In this document: in pieces, positions 25,422-34,984 of the stretch
Layout: each line of letters starts with the position of its first letter
Position numbering within the stretch: the stretch's first letter is position 1
DNA from: Candidatus Moraniibacteriota bacterium
Lineage (GTDB): Bacteria; Patescibacteriota; Minisyncoccia; Moranbacterales; GCA-2747515
Length of the DNA stretch: 64,000 nt
Assembly (NCBI GenBank): GCA_046116545.1
Contig: CP175956.1
Coordinates: forward strand, 577,734-641,733
Reading direction: 5' to 3'
Notes under the pieces: model-generated
Databases searched by the model: none
What the model saw: the letters and a program-made list of their open reading frames with translations, nothing else
What the model was told of the DNA's origin: nothing
Position numbers and translations under genes: made by a program

Positions 25422-28400
25422 ATGAAATTTTTTCTATCTAGCATCTTCACAATGTTATTTTTGTTTAATATACAAAGTATTGTTGCACAGGAAGTTACGC
25501 AAGATGATGTTAATGTAGTAGATGATTTATCTTTGACAGGATCGTTTGAAAATATAGAATTTGTAGATAATCAGCCGCTGTTAGATAGTGATGTAGATGG
25601 TGCGACATATGGCAGTGATGAGATATATGTACCAGAAGTGGTGGTAGAATTAAGTGATATATTGTTTGATGAAAATACTTATGAGCTTAATACTGTAACA
25701 ACGGTGACAAATACTACTGATACATTTTTGGCTAATCTAGAGTATACGCTGGAATTGGGAAAAGGTGATGAATTGGTAGAAAATGGAGATATCTTTGGAG
25801 CTACTGAATATGTATATCAAGAAACACATGACCTCGGTAAGTTGGCGCCATACGAGAAAAAGGAGTTTGAGCTTACGATGACAGTGCCAAATAATATCGA
25901 TCCAGCAAATTATGTTTTGCAAATTTTTGTCAATGATAAGAATTTGAAATTTCAAAATGGTACATACACAGAACAGCCGTTTGAATTATCGGGAACTGGC
26001 GGTCGCTTGACGGGGCTCAAGGTGTATTTTTACGCAGATCGTTATGGTGAAAAAACGTTTCCAGCAGCTGGACTTTCAACAGAACCAGATGATTATGTGA
26101 TGCTTATGTTGCCGCTTGATGAAAATCAAAGCGTAAAAGATCTCGTGGATGCTGGAGAGCAGTTGCGTGCAAAGGTGCAGATCTTTCGTACAGTAAAAGA
26201 TGGTGGTATGGTCAAAGAATTTGAGACGGGATTTGATCGCAAAGATGTAAATGGCCAAAATTCTATCACTGTTGATCTATTAGCTGATAATGAAGAGCTC
26301 AAAACTGGTGGTTCGTTTGATGTACATATTGCAGTATTAAATGAAGATGGGACAGAGTTATATGAGAGAAATATGCGGTGGCTTATTGAATTTGGACAGA
26401 TTGTTGGACGAGTTTTGAGTGTAGAATCTGGAAAGAATATGTACAAAAAGGGTGAGGCAATTGATCTTATGGTTACAACTGCACTTTTTAATTCTGAGGA
26501 TAAAAAAGGAAGATTTGATATTGTGTTGAAAGGGAGGAATGGCTTTGAACAAAAAATTACAAAGACAGTTACATTTGTTGGTGATGATGTGGAAGAAGTT
26601 CTTTTTTCTGATAAGAAGATTGAATCTGATGCACACCTTACGGATGTTGAAGTATCGTTAGTTGATGTTGAAAACAATATTGTAGTAGATGCTTACAATA
26701 CGGATATTGATTTTGACGAGATGTATGGTAGAGAAGTAGAAAAACAAAATGTTTTTCTAGTATTTTTGCAAAACAATAGATATATCATTTGGGTAGTGGG
26801 TACTATAATTTTTGGACTTTTAGCAATCGTGATCTATAAGACTATGGTAGGACGAAAGATGATGCGTATGGTGATAATAGTTCTTTTGGGAGTAAATATG
26901 TTTTTTATTACATCGTATGCTGTAGAGGCAGCGTGTGATTGTTCACGAACTCCAAGTGCTAATATTTGGATCACGCGTGCACCACCATCACGTGTAACAT
27001 GTGGTACTAATGCACGGATGGAAGTAGCGCTGCGCGTATCATGTCGCTCATGTATTAATGGAGTGGCAACACGAATCACCACGAGTGCTGGTACCAGAAA
27101 AGATTGGTCATATGGACATTATAGTAGTGCAACAAGATATTATGCATTTACACAGCGTATCTCACGAAGTACGCGGATGTGGGCAAAAGCATGGTTTATA
27201 CGTAATGGTTGTCATTGTTGTCCACGACCTGGTGGTAGTGGTTGTCATCCGGGCGTAACGAACGGGTCAATGTGTGGGATCAATGTTCCTATTGGGCAAG
27301 TTGCAAAAACGGTTACTTGTACAAATCCAGCACGTAACGGGGTATGTGGCACAAGACATAAGAGAACATATAATTATGATGCAGTTGGATGGGGTGGTTA
27401 TAGTCGTTGTAGTGTGGGAACACCTGTGCCGACATGGCCTTCATTTCCAGCTCAAGGAGCAACAACAACATGGACATGTAGTGGTTCAAATGGAGGTAGC
27501 ACGGCAAATTGTTGGGCAAAGAGGAGTGAACCGCCAAGAATTGATGGTGTATGTAAGCTACAAACATCCCCGATTAATACATTAGATAGTAAGCCGACAC
27601 AATCAAATTCAACTTTATGTAGTTCTGGAACTGCAACAACAATAACAGGAGATGGTTCTGTAGCAAGTCCATGGAGGTGGGATTGTAATGGATCCGGTCC
27701 AGTCCATACAGATCAAACGGGTTGTATTGTACGAATGAATCCAGGTAGATGTGGAACAACATCAACTCCATATGATTATAAAAGTGACTGGAATGGAACA
27801 GAAACATTTTGTAGCTTTGGTGTTGCAGTTCCAACACAAAATTCAAGTACCTTTCCTCAAATCGATGTTAATAATCCACAACCAATATCAACATCATGGA
27901 ATTGTAGAACTGTTGGAGGAGATAGCCCTACTTGTACAGCAATAAATAATCCACCATCAATAAGTTGTGGAGTTGCAAATAATGAGACAGAAATAAATAC
28001 AACGCCATCTCCAAGTTCAAGTTTATGCAGTGCTAATGCAGCTGAAATTAATTCACCAGCATTAAACAGTATAGGTAGATGGGAGTGGAATTGTAAATAT
28101 AATGGATTAAATCTAACAGCTGGACCATGTAGTGCACCATCATGCCTAGCAGGAGATCTACTAAACTATTCATCAAATGTGTACCTAAAACAAGATCCAA
28201 ATGATCAAACAGTTAGTGTATCAGTTGTGTGTGATAATCCAAATCCTCCTAAAATATGTTGTGACATAGATGCAGTAGAAGTAGGTTCGAATCCAGTGAA
28301 TAATCCAACACATATATGTACAGGAGAAGGAACAAAAGAAATAGTTGTGCCAGTAGCAGGAAGTTATCCAGCACAATGTTATTTTGTAGATCCTTCTGAT

Positions 28401-28604
28401 CCAACATGTGAGGACGACGGATCATGTCCGGATCCAGTAACAAAAACAGTTACAATATCAACTATGTGTGCTCAAAAAGAATGTAATGCACAAGGAAGCT
28501 GCCAATCAACACCAATAGCAGCTTCAGATCTAAGTCAATGTTCAAGTACATGTAATTCAAATGCAGATTGTTCTAGTGGTAGGATTATTGAGACTAGGCC
28601 ATAA
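25422..28604 (+). CDS. Large secreted/surface Cys-rich protein (N-terminal domain, TM helix, internal signal-peptide-like segment, then repeated W-x-C / C-x-G-x-G Cys modules)
   Basis: Signal peptide MKFFLSSIFTMLFLFNIQSIVAQE. TM at IIWVVGTIIFGLLAIVIY followed by MMRMVIIVLLGVNMFFITSYAVEA (in-frame ATGs at 26859/26862). The C-terminal ~570 aa contains >50 Cys. Confidence 0.6.
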   Translation: MKFFLSSIFTMLFLFNIQSIVAQEVTQDDVNVVDDLSLTGSFENIEFVDNQPLLDSDVDGATYGSDEIYVPEVVVELSDILFDENTYELNTVTTVTNTTDTFLANLEYTLELGKGDELVENGDIFGATEYVYQETHDLGKLAPYEKKEFELTMTVPNNIDPANYVLQIFVNDKNLKFQNGTYTEQPFELSGTGGRLTGLKVYFYADRYGEKTFPAAGLSTEPDDYVMLMLPLDENQSVKDLVDAGEQLRAKVQIFRTVKDGGMVKEFETGFDRKDVNGQNSITVDLLADNEELKTGGSFDVHIAVLNEDGTELYERNMRWLIEFGQIVGRVLSVESGKNMYKKGEAIDLMVTTALFNSEDKKGRFDIVLKGRNGFEQKITKTVTFVGDDVEEVLFSDKKIESDAHLTDVEVSLVDVENNIVVDAYNTDIDFDEMYGREVEKQNVFLVFLQNNRYIIWVVGTIIFGLLAIVIYKTMVGRKMMRMVIIVLLGVNMFFITSYAVEAACDCSRTPSANIWITRAPPSRVTCGTNARMEVALRVSCRSCINGVATRITTSAGTRKDWSYGHYSSATRYYAFTQRISRSTRMWAKAWFIRNGCHCCPRPGGSGCHPGVTNGSMCGINVPIGQVAKTVTCTNPARNGVCGTRHKRTYNYDAVGWGGYSRCSVGTPVPTWPSFPAQGATTTWTCSGSNGGSTANCWAKRSEPPRIDGVCKLQTSPINTLDSKPTQSNSTLCSSGTATTITGDGSVASPWRWDCNGSGPVHTDQTGCIVRMNPGRCGTTSTPYDYKSDWNGTETFCSFGVAVPTQNSSTFPQIDVNNPQPISTSWNCRTVGGDSPTCTAINNPPSISCGVANNETEINTTPSPSSSLCSANAAEINSPALNSIGRWEWNCKYNGLNLTAGPCSAPSCLAGDLLNYSSNVYLKQDPNDQTVSVSVVCDNPNPPKICCDIDAVEVGSNPVNNPTHICTGEGTKEIVVPVAGSYPAQCYFVDPSDPTCEDDGSCPDPVTKTVTISTMCAQKECNAQGSCQSTPIAASDLSQCSSTCNSNADCSSGRIIETRP

Positions 28605-28628
28605 GCTTAAGAATAAAAAATATTTTTA

Positions 28629-28662
28629 AAACCTCACTTTTTGCAAAAAGTGAGGTTTTTGA
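28629..28662 (+). terminator. Rho-independent terminator (aacctcacttttt ... aaaaagtgaggtt + T5)
   Basis: 13-bp perfect stem followed by TTTTT. Confidence 0.8.
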
Positions 28663-28778
28663 CAAAACTGATTTTTTATGATATACTATGTGTAGTGAGA
28701 AATCGGGTGATTTGTATGAGCTTTTGTTCGTGCGATTACTCGATTTTTTTCTTTTGTAACTTGTCTAAAAACAAAAAT

Positions 28779-28949
28779 ATGGTTCATGATAAACATTGCT
28801 CTGTTTGTGATGGAGATAATGTGCAGGAAGAAGTTGTGAAGAAGGGGCATGAAAAAATAGAGCAAAAGGAGGATATATCTTTTGCAGCATTACTTGCACT
28901 TGTGCCAGCAATGACTATGACACTTTTTAATCTTATGGGACTTATTTAA
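28779..28949 (+). CDS. Hypothetical mini-protein with a CxxC motif and C-terminal TM helix (ORF-track TTG start 28641 lies inside the terminator and is rejected)
   Basis: MVHDKHCSVCDGD...ISFAALLALVPAMTMTLFNLMGLI. Confidence 0.25.
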   Translation: MVHDKHCSVCDGDNVQEEVVKKGHEKIEQKEDISFAALLALVPAMTMTLFNLMGLI

Positions 28950-29050
28950 AATAAGATTAATAAAAAACAGATAATCAAAGCATCTGTTTTTTATTTTGAA
29001 AGTTTATTATAATGAATAAGTATAGTAATATATAAGTTATTAATTTATTA

Positions 29051-29455
29051 ATGAATTTTTTCATGAAAGAATATAAGATGTTTATTTGGGTAGGTATTTT
29101 TATGGTTTTTGCTGTAGGAGGCCTAGTTTGGCTTGCTGGACAAAGTGAAGATATTGTAGCAGAAGATAAAATAGAGCTGAATATGGACGGGATAACTTTA
29201 TTTTATGGAGACGGATGTCCACATTGTGAAGATGTTGATAAATTTAATGAGGAAAATGCTATAAAAAATAAGGTAGTTTTTGATGAATTGGAAGTTTGGA
29301 AAAATAAAGAAAATGCTGATCTCTTAGAAGAAGCGGCAACTATATGTGAATTTGATTTGGATACGATAGGAGTTCCTTTTCTTTTTTCAGATAATGAATG
29401 TTATATAGGCGGTCCTGATGTACAGGAATTTTTTAAGAAGGAGGCTGGACTATAA
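29051..29455 (+). CDS. Membrane-anchored thioredoxin-fold protein (CPHC active site)
   Basis: TM helix, then FYGDGCPHCE. Confidence 0.55.
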   Translation: MNFFMKEYKMFIWVGIFMVFAVGGLVWLAGQSEDIVAEDKIELNMDGITLFYGDGCPHCEDVDKFNEENAIKNKVVFDELEVWKNKENADLLEEAATICEFDLDTIGVPFLFSDNECYIGGPDVQEFFKKEAGL

Positions 29456-29473
29456 AAAGTATGTGAGTAAATA

Positions 29474-29503
29474 AAAACCATGGAATTAATTCCATGGTTT
29501 TTA
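29474..29503. terminator. Perfect palindromic bidirectional terminator (aaaaccatggaatt / aattccatggtttt)
   Basis: 14-bp perfect inverted repeat flanked by A-run / T-run. Lies between the convergent thioredoxin-like (+) and efp (-) genes. Confidence 0.8.
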
Positions 29504-29530
29504 AAATAGGTATAATTTAAGAGACTGATT

Positions 29531-30094
29531 TTATTTGTCAGACCTACTTACATAAGTGCCACTTTCCGTATTTATTATGATATTTTCGCCAGTTTCTATA
29601 AAAAGAGGAGTTGTTATCTTTGCTCCAGTAATTACAGTTACTAATTTATCACCACCTGATTGAGTATCTCCTTTTAATCCAGGAGGAGCTTCTGTGACTT
29701 CTAATGTTACTTTTACAGGGAGTTCAATATTAATTGGATTATCATTAAAATTTAACATAGTCACTTCAAGACCTTCTGTGAGGTAATCTTTTGCATCACC
29801 AATAGCCTTTTCGCCAATCACGAATTGATCATAGGTTTCATTGTCCATGAAGTTAAAATTTTCTCCTTCAGTATATAAAAATTGAGCTTTTGATTTAGAC
29901 ATATCAGCTTCTTGGACTTTGTCAGAGCCTTGAAATGTTTTTTCCATTACAGCTCCGTTTGTTAGGTTCTTTAACTTTGTACGCATTACAGCTCCAGCTC
30001 GTCCCATCTTAGAGTGTTCATTATATATAATTGCATAAGGAGTATTATCTAGCACAATTTTTTTGCCAGTTTTTAAATCACTTATATTTAACAT
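29531..30094 (-). CDS. efp: Translation elongation factor P
   Basis: MLNISDLKTGKKIVLDNTPYAII...KMGRAGAVMRTKLKNL. 187 aa. Confidence 0.9.
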   Translation of the reverse strand: MLNISDLKTGKKIVLDNTPYAIIYNEHSKMGRAGAVMRTKLKNLTNGAVMEKTFQGSDKVQEADMSKSKAQFLYTEGENFNFMDNETYDQFVIGEKAIGDAKDYLTEGLEVTMLNFNDNPINIELPVKVTLEVTEAPPGLKGDTQSGGDKLVTVITGAKITTPLFIETGENIIINTESGTYVSRSDK

Positions 30095-30146
30095 AGTTTT
30101 ATTTTAGTTAAGACAAAAGGCGGACATAAGCCCGCCATCATAATAT

Positions 30147-30353
30147 CTATTTTACAGTAAATGGTAATAGAGCCATATGTCGTGAACGCTTTACAGCGCG
30201 TGAAATTTGTCTTTGTGAATAAGCATCAACATTATATCTCTTTGGTGGATATATCTTTGCTTGTGAGTTTAGGAATCGACGTAAGTAGATGCTGTCTTTG
30301 TAATCAATAGCATCTAATGTTTTATCGCCAACTCTGATTTTTCGTTTAGCCAT
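30147..30353 (-). CDS. rpsR: 30S ribosomal protein S18
   Basis: DAIDYKDSIYLRRFLNSQAKIYPPKRYNVDAYSQRQISRAVKRSRHMALLPF. Confidence 0.9.
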   Translation of the reverse strand: MAKRKIRVGDKTLDAIDYKDSIYLRRFLNSQAKIYPPKRYNVDAYSQRQISRAVKRSRHMALLPFTVK

Positions 30354-30376
30354 AATAAATTAATTTTAACTTTTAC

Positions 30377-30859
30377 TTAAAAAGGTACATCTTCTATCTT
30401 CACTTCATCTGCTTCATCATCTAGGTTGATTGTTGGAATTTCTTCTTCCTTGGGTTGTTCAGGTGCAGCTGCTGGAGCAGTGTTTTGGTTATTATTGTAA
30501 CCACCCTGTTGTCCACCTCCGCCGGCACCAGCCTTAGCTCCAAATTCAAAGTTTTCCATTACAATCTCAGTGCGGTACATTTTTTTCCCAGTATCTTTGT
30601 CATCCCAGCTACTAGTCTCTAGGCGACCTTCAACATAGATTTCTTGTCCTTTAGTCATGTATTGTGCAATTACTTCTCCTCGTTTTCCCCAAGCTATTAC
30701 ATTATGAAATTCAGTTTTTTCATTTTGTTGTCCATCTTGTCCCTTCCATTTGCTTGAAGTAGCAACAGAGAAGTTAGTTATAGATTGACCTGTTTGGGTT
30801 GTCCGTTTTTCGGGGTCACGAGTCAAGCGTCCTACTACAATTGCTTTATTTACATTCAT
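30377..30859 (-). CDS. ssb: Single-stranded DNA-binding protein
   Basis: OB-fold N-terminus (NKAIVVGRLTRDPE...), Gly/Gln-rich linker and acidic C-terminal tail ...DVPF. Confidence 0.9.
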   Translation of the reverse strand: MNVNKAIVVGRLTRDPEKRTTQTGQSITNFSVATSSKWKGQDGQQNEKTEFHNVIAWGKRGEVIAQYMTKGQEIYVEGRLETSSWDDKDTGKKMYRTEIVMENFEFGAKAGAGGGGQQGGYNNNQNTAPAAAPEQPKEEEIPTINLDDEADEVKIEDVPF

Positions 30860-30876
30860 AATTTTGTGTTTACTTT

Positions 30877-31320
30877 TTAGATGTTCAATGCTTTTTCTAA
30901 TTTGCCATCAATTTTTTCACCTTTTTCCTTCAATTGTGTTTTTCCATCTTTATTTTCTTCTGCCAATGCTTTTGCAAATGATTCAAGTGAAGGAAGTTCT
31001 TCTGCACTTACTACGATATAACGTAGGATATCTTTCCTAAGATTCATTTGTCGTGTAACTTCACCAATTACGTTTGGTGCCATTTCATCAGCTTCTAGAT
31101 TTTCTTCTTTTGTATCTTTGTCAGGCAATGTAAATCTTTGCACAAAATATGTGCCACGCCAGTTGTGGTTGATTTTATATGAAAGTTTTCTTTCAAACTC
31201 AATAGACTCACCAGCCCATTCACCACCTGCAGTTTCTACAAGTGCTTTTACCTCATCTTTGATGCGAGGAAAATCTTGGTTGTCTTTCTCAGAAATGAGA
31301 AACATCAATTCGTATTCCAT
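30877..31320 (-). CDS. rpsF: 30S ribosomal protein S6 with acidic C-terminal extension
   Basis: MEYELMFLISEKD... S6 N-terminus. The start is trimmed to the internal Met; ORF-track uses 31335. Conserved rpsF-ssb-rpsR order. Confidence 0.8.
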   Translation of the reverse strand: MEYELMFLISEKDNQDFPRIKDEVKALVETAGGEWAGESIEFERKLSYKINHNWRGTYFVQRFTLPDKDTKEENLEADEMAPNVIGEVTRQMNLRKDILRYIVVSAEELPSLESFAKALAEENKDGKTQLKEKGEKIDGKLEKALNI

Positions 31321-31751
31321 AAGAATAGTTATCAATTAATTAATAAAAAATGAATAATTAAATAAAAAATCCATTCAAATATACAAAAATCCTGCATATT
31401 TCTAAAATGGAAATATTTTGTATCCTATCCATACTTAAGTAAAAAAGTGGCGGGATACATAAGGACTTTTCAATTTGTTAAAAGAATTATATCATAAAAA
31501 AAGATTGAGCGCAATACTAAAATAACACTTTATTAATATATTTTTGTATGTATAAAATTAAAATATAAAAATTTGATTATAAATATTTAATAGTATTGGT
31601 ATTCTACTTAAGATTGCATAATTATGACATGAAAGAAAAAATATATAGTTACGTAATAAGAAGCAGAACTGGCCATTCTAAAAAATAATTAATGTAAAAT
31701 CTATATATTTTATAGCACTATGAAAATAGGATTATAAAGTAAAATAAGTAA

Positions 31752-32213
31752 ATGAAAAAGAATTATAAAACAACAATTGGTGTATTTGCTCTTGCAGCAA
31801 TAGCATTAACAGGATCACAAATCGCAGCAAATGCGTATCAAGGTGATTACACAAAGCAAGGACCGAATTATTCTGAGGAACGACATACTACGATGACACA
31901 AGCATTTGAATCAGGTGATTATAACACTTGGAAAGGACAAATGGATGGTCGTGGTCGTGTAACAGCTGTAGTAACAGAAGAAAATTTTGCTAGATTTGCA
32001 GAAGCTCATCGATTAGGGTTGGCAGGAGACACTGCTGGAGCAGATGCAATTAGAGCTGAACTTGGACTTCGTACAAGTAATGGAGAAAAAGGTGGACATG
32101 GTTATGGTAAAGGTGAAGGACAGGGTCGTGGACAAGGTGAAAATCGTGGACAAAACAAAGGTGGAAATTTTGTTGACGCTGATGGTAATGGGACATGTGA
32201 CAACATGAACTAA
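31752..32213 (+). CDS. Secreted Gly-rich protein
   Basis: Signal peptide, then GEKGGHGYGKGEGQGRGQGENRGQNKGGN. Confidence 0.45.
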   Translation: MKKNYKTTIGVFALAAIALTGSQIAANAYQGDYTKQGPNYSEERHTTMTQAFESGDYNTWKGQMDGRGRVTAVVTEENFARFAEAHRLGLAGDTAGADAIRAELGLRTSNGEKGGHGYGKGEGQGRGQGENRGQNKGGNFVDADGNGTCDNMN

Positions 32214-32286
32214 TTATCTTATTTAAGGGAGAAATACATTTTCTCCCTTAGCATAAGATCATTAATTAATAAATAACAAATGATTT

Positions 32287-33090
32287 ATGAACAAGAAAAA
32301 TATATATATGTATGTGGGCGTTGCTGCAATGGGAGTAATGGCAACAACATCAGTTCAAGCTATAGGAGGTCAAGGTGCAGGAGGTGGAATGGGTAATGGA
32401 AGTGGACAAAGAGGTATACAAAATATGATAGATGAAGATGGCAATGGAATAGCAGATGGCTTAGATGACTTTGATGGTGATGGAATAATTAATCGTGACG
32501 ATGATGATTATGAAAAGCAATATATAAATATGCAAGATACAGATGAGGATGGTATTGCAAATCGTATTGATGAGGATTACGAGCCTGCAGAAAATGGAAT
32601 TAATCGTTCAGATACAGTAGGACAGAAGCAAATGATACAAAACAGAGAACAAATACAACAGCAAGATGCTGATGATATAGCATCTGAAATTCAGAATCGT
32701 GTGACAAATCGTAATCAAAATCGTGTTGCAAATCAAAATGATGGAGTTTTTGGAGAAAAAGTACGTGCAATAGCACAAGAACAAGAGAGGTTGCAAAAAG
32801 GTATTGCAGATGATATAGCAACTTTACAAAAACAAAGTGGTTTCAAAAGAATGTTTGTAGGTGCTAATAAAGCTAATGTACAAAGTGCAGAAGATCAACT
32901 TGCAAGGCATGAGGAACGTATTGTACAATTAAAAGACATTAGTGCATCAACAACAGATTTAGAAGATAAATCACTTATTGATGAACAAATTGAATTAATG
33001 GAATCTGCTGGTTCTCGATTGCAAAAGCAAATTGCAGATAGTAGTGGAGGATTTAGTTTATTTGGATGGGCTATGAATTTATTTAATTAA
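32287..33090 (+). CDS. Secreted protein with Asp-rich calcium-binding-like (TSP3-like DxDxDG) repeats and a C-terminal coiled coil
   Basis: DEDGNGIADGLDDFDGDGIINRDDDDYE and DTDEDGIANRIDEDYE. Confidence 0.5.
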   Translation: MNKKNIYMYVGVAAMGVMATTSVQAIGGQGAGGGMGNGSGQRGIQNMIDEDGNGIADGLDDFDGDGIINRDDDDYEKQYINMQDTDEDGIANRIDEDYEPAENGINRSDTVGQKQMIQNREQIQQQDADDIASEIQNRVTNRNQNRVANQNDGVFGEKVRAIAQEQERLQKGIADDIATLQKQSGFKRMFVGANKANVQSAEDQLARHEERIVQLKDISASTTDLEDKSLIDEQIELMESAGSRLQKQIADSSGGFSLFGWAMNLFN

Positions 33091-33104
33091 TTATATTAGG
33101 CAGG

Positions 33105-34322
33105 GTGAAACAAGATAAGAAATCGATGTATGTTCACATCAAAACAATTGAATTAGCATGGAAGAGTTTACATAAAAATAAATTTCGGTCTTTTCTGACG
33201 TCTTTGGGAATTATCATTGGTGCTGCGACAATTGTTTTAGTAATAGAAATGGGGGCTGGTGCGAGTGAAAAAATTGAAGAGCAGTATTCAAATATGAGTG
33301 TTACAACAATTTTGATTAATGCACCATCAGGGGCTGATGGTAATAGGTCTAAATTAAGTGATGAAGATATCGATGCTCTCCTTATGAGTGAAAATATTAC
33401 AAATGCTGTTCCACAGTTATCAGGCAAAATGCAGGTAACTGGTGGAGACAATTCATATCAGTCAAATATTGTCGGTACTACTTCGGGATTTACAGATATT
33501 GCAAGCATTGAGATGAGTAGTGGGGAGTTTTTTACTGATGAAGATGAGGATGATCATACTAAGGTTGTTGTAATTGGAGCAACAGTTGCAGAAGAGTTGT
33601 ATGGAGATAGAAACGCAAAAGTAGTTGGTGAAGATATTATGGTTGGAAAAAAGCAATTTGAAATTGTAGGTGTTGCTGCATATAAAGGTGGGTCAATTGG
33701 CCCAACGTCAGTTGATGATAGCGTGATGATGCCGTACTCATCTGCATATAGGTATGCACTAGGTAAAAGTGGTAAGTTTAATTTAAACGTACAAGCTGCA
33801 GATGTAGATGTATTGGATCTTGCTATGGAGGACGCGGGTAATATTTTACGTAAAGAACATAATATCCGTGTAGGTATGACAGATGATTTCAGACTGCGTG
33901 ATATGGGTGCAAATGTGCAATCTGCAAAAGATAGTGCACGGACAATGTCACTCCTACTAGGTAGTGTTGGATTTATAGTTTTGCTTGTTGGAGGCATTGG
34001 AATTATGAATGTTATGCATATTATAGTAAAAGAGCGTACAAAAGAAATTGGTATAAGAAAGGCAATTGGAGCAAAACGAATATACATATTATTACAGTTT
34101 TTGTTTGAAGCTATAATTCTAAGTGCTTTTGGTGCTATTGTTGGTATAATTATTGCCACAGGATTATTCTATATATTAGCGGGGTATGGATTAGATATTG
34201 TGTTTGTGTGGTGGAGTTATGTATTGTCAATATTTTTTACAGTTGCTATTGGTGTATTTTTTGGATACTATCCAGCACTGAATGCTTCACGATTAAAACC
34301 AATAGATACATTGCACGAATAA
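33105..34322 (+). CDS. ABC transporter permease, MacB/FtsX family
   Basis: N-terminal TM, large periplasmic domain, and a C-terminal 3-TM FtsX module with KEIGIRKAIGAKR. Confidence 0.75.
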   Translation: MKQDKKSMYVHIKTIELAWKSLHKNKFRSFLTSLGIIIGAATIVLVIEMGAGASEKIEEQYSNMSVTTILINAPSGADGNRSKLSDEDIDALLMSENITNAVPQLSGKMQVTGGDNSYQSNIVGTTSGFTDIASIEMSSGEFFTDEDEDDHTKVVVIGATVAEELYGDRNAKVVGEDIMVGKKQFEIVGVAAYKGGSIGPTSVDDSVMMPYSSAYRYALGKSGKFNLNVQAADVDVLDLAMEDAGNILRKEHNIRVGMTDDFRLRDMGANVQSAKDSARTMSLLLGSVGFIVLLVGGIGIMNVMHIIVKERTKEIGIRKAIGAKRIYILLQFLFEAIILSAFGAIVGIIIATGLFYILAGYGLDIVFVWWSYVLSIFFTVAIGVFFGYYPALNASRLKPIDTLHE

Positions 34323-34486
34323 AACTTATGTGTTTTGCACATTTCTGCGTCAGAAGTAAATTAATTCAATCAGTGTATTTTCATACACTTCAATCATTAA
34401 TGTACTTCTTCCTTGAACTGAACAAAACACATAAGTTTTATAAAAAAGGTTAAATATATTTTTTAAATTAATAACATAACAAAAGT

Positions 34487-34978
34487 ATGAAGAACTATAT
34501 TGTAGGAACAATTGTTTTACTGGGTGCTGTCACATTTTTAAGTGGTTGTGGGACTGAAGAAAATAATGATCTTGCACAATTACAGGATATTGTATCAAGT
34601 GATACAGAGTCTTTGAGTACACCTAGTCGGCCAGCTGAAATAAATGGTACAATTGCATCAATGGAAGGTAATCAACTTGTTGTAAAGAATGAAGTAGGAA
34701 GAGAAGTTCTATCTGATGAAGAACGGGAAGCACGAAAGGCAGATCGAGCAAGTATGACTCAGGAAGAAAAACAAGCAGCACGTGCGCAAGAAATGGAGGC
34801 TGTAGAGGTTGATGATGTGTCAGTAGTTGTACCTGTTGGAGCTATGATGATAAAAGGGACTGGAACTGGTGACGGAGGAAGTATGAAAGCTATTTTTGAT
34901 GATTTAAAAGAGGGTGCTTATATTTCTGTGTGGATGGATGGAGATAACGTGGAGGCTATTAAGATAAAAGGTTTATAA
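34487..34978 (+). CDS. Lipoprotein, hypothetical
   Basis: Lipobox LSGC. Confidence 0.5.
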   Translation: MKNYIVGTIVLLGAVTFLSGCGTEENNDLAQLQDIVSSDTESLSTPSRPAEINGTIASMEGNQLVVKNEVGREVLSDEEREARKADRASMTQEEKQAARAQEMEAVEVDDVSVVVPVGAMMIKGTGTGDGGSMKAIFDDLKEGAYISVWMDGDNVEAIKIKGL

Positions 34979-34984
34979 TTTTAT

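Noticed and set aside
28641-28778. ORF-track start (TTG) of the 102-aa ORF
   Set aside because: The proposed start lies inside the stem of the upstream rho-independent terminator and has no RBS. If the ORF is real it starts at ATG 28779.
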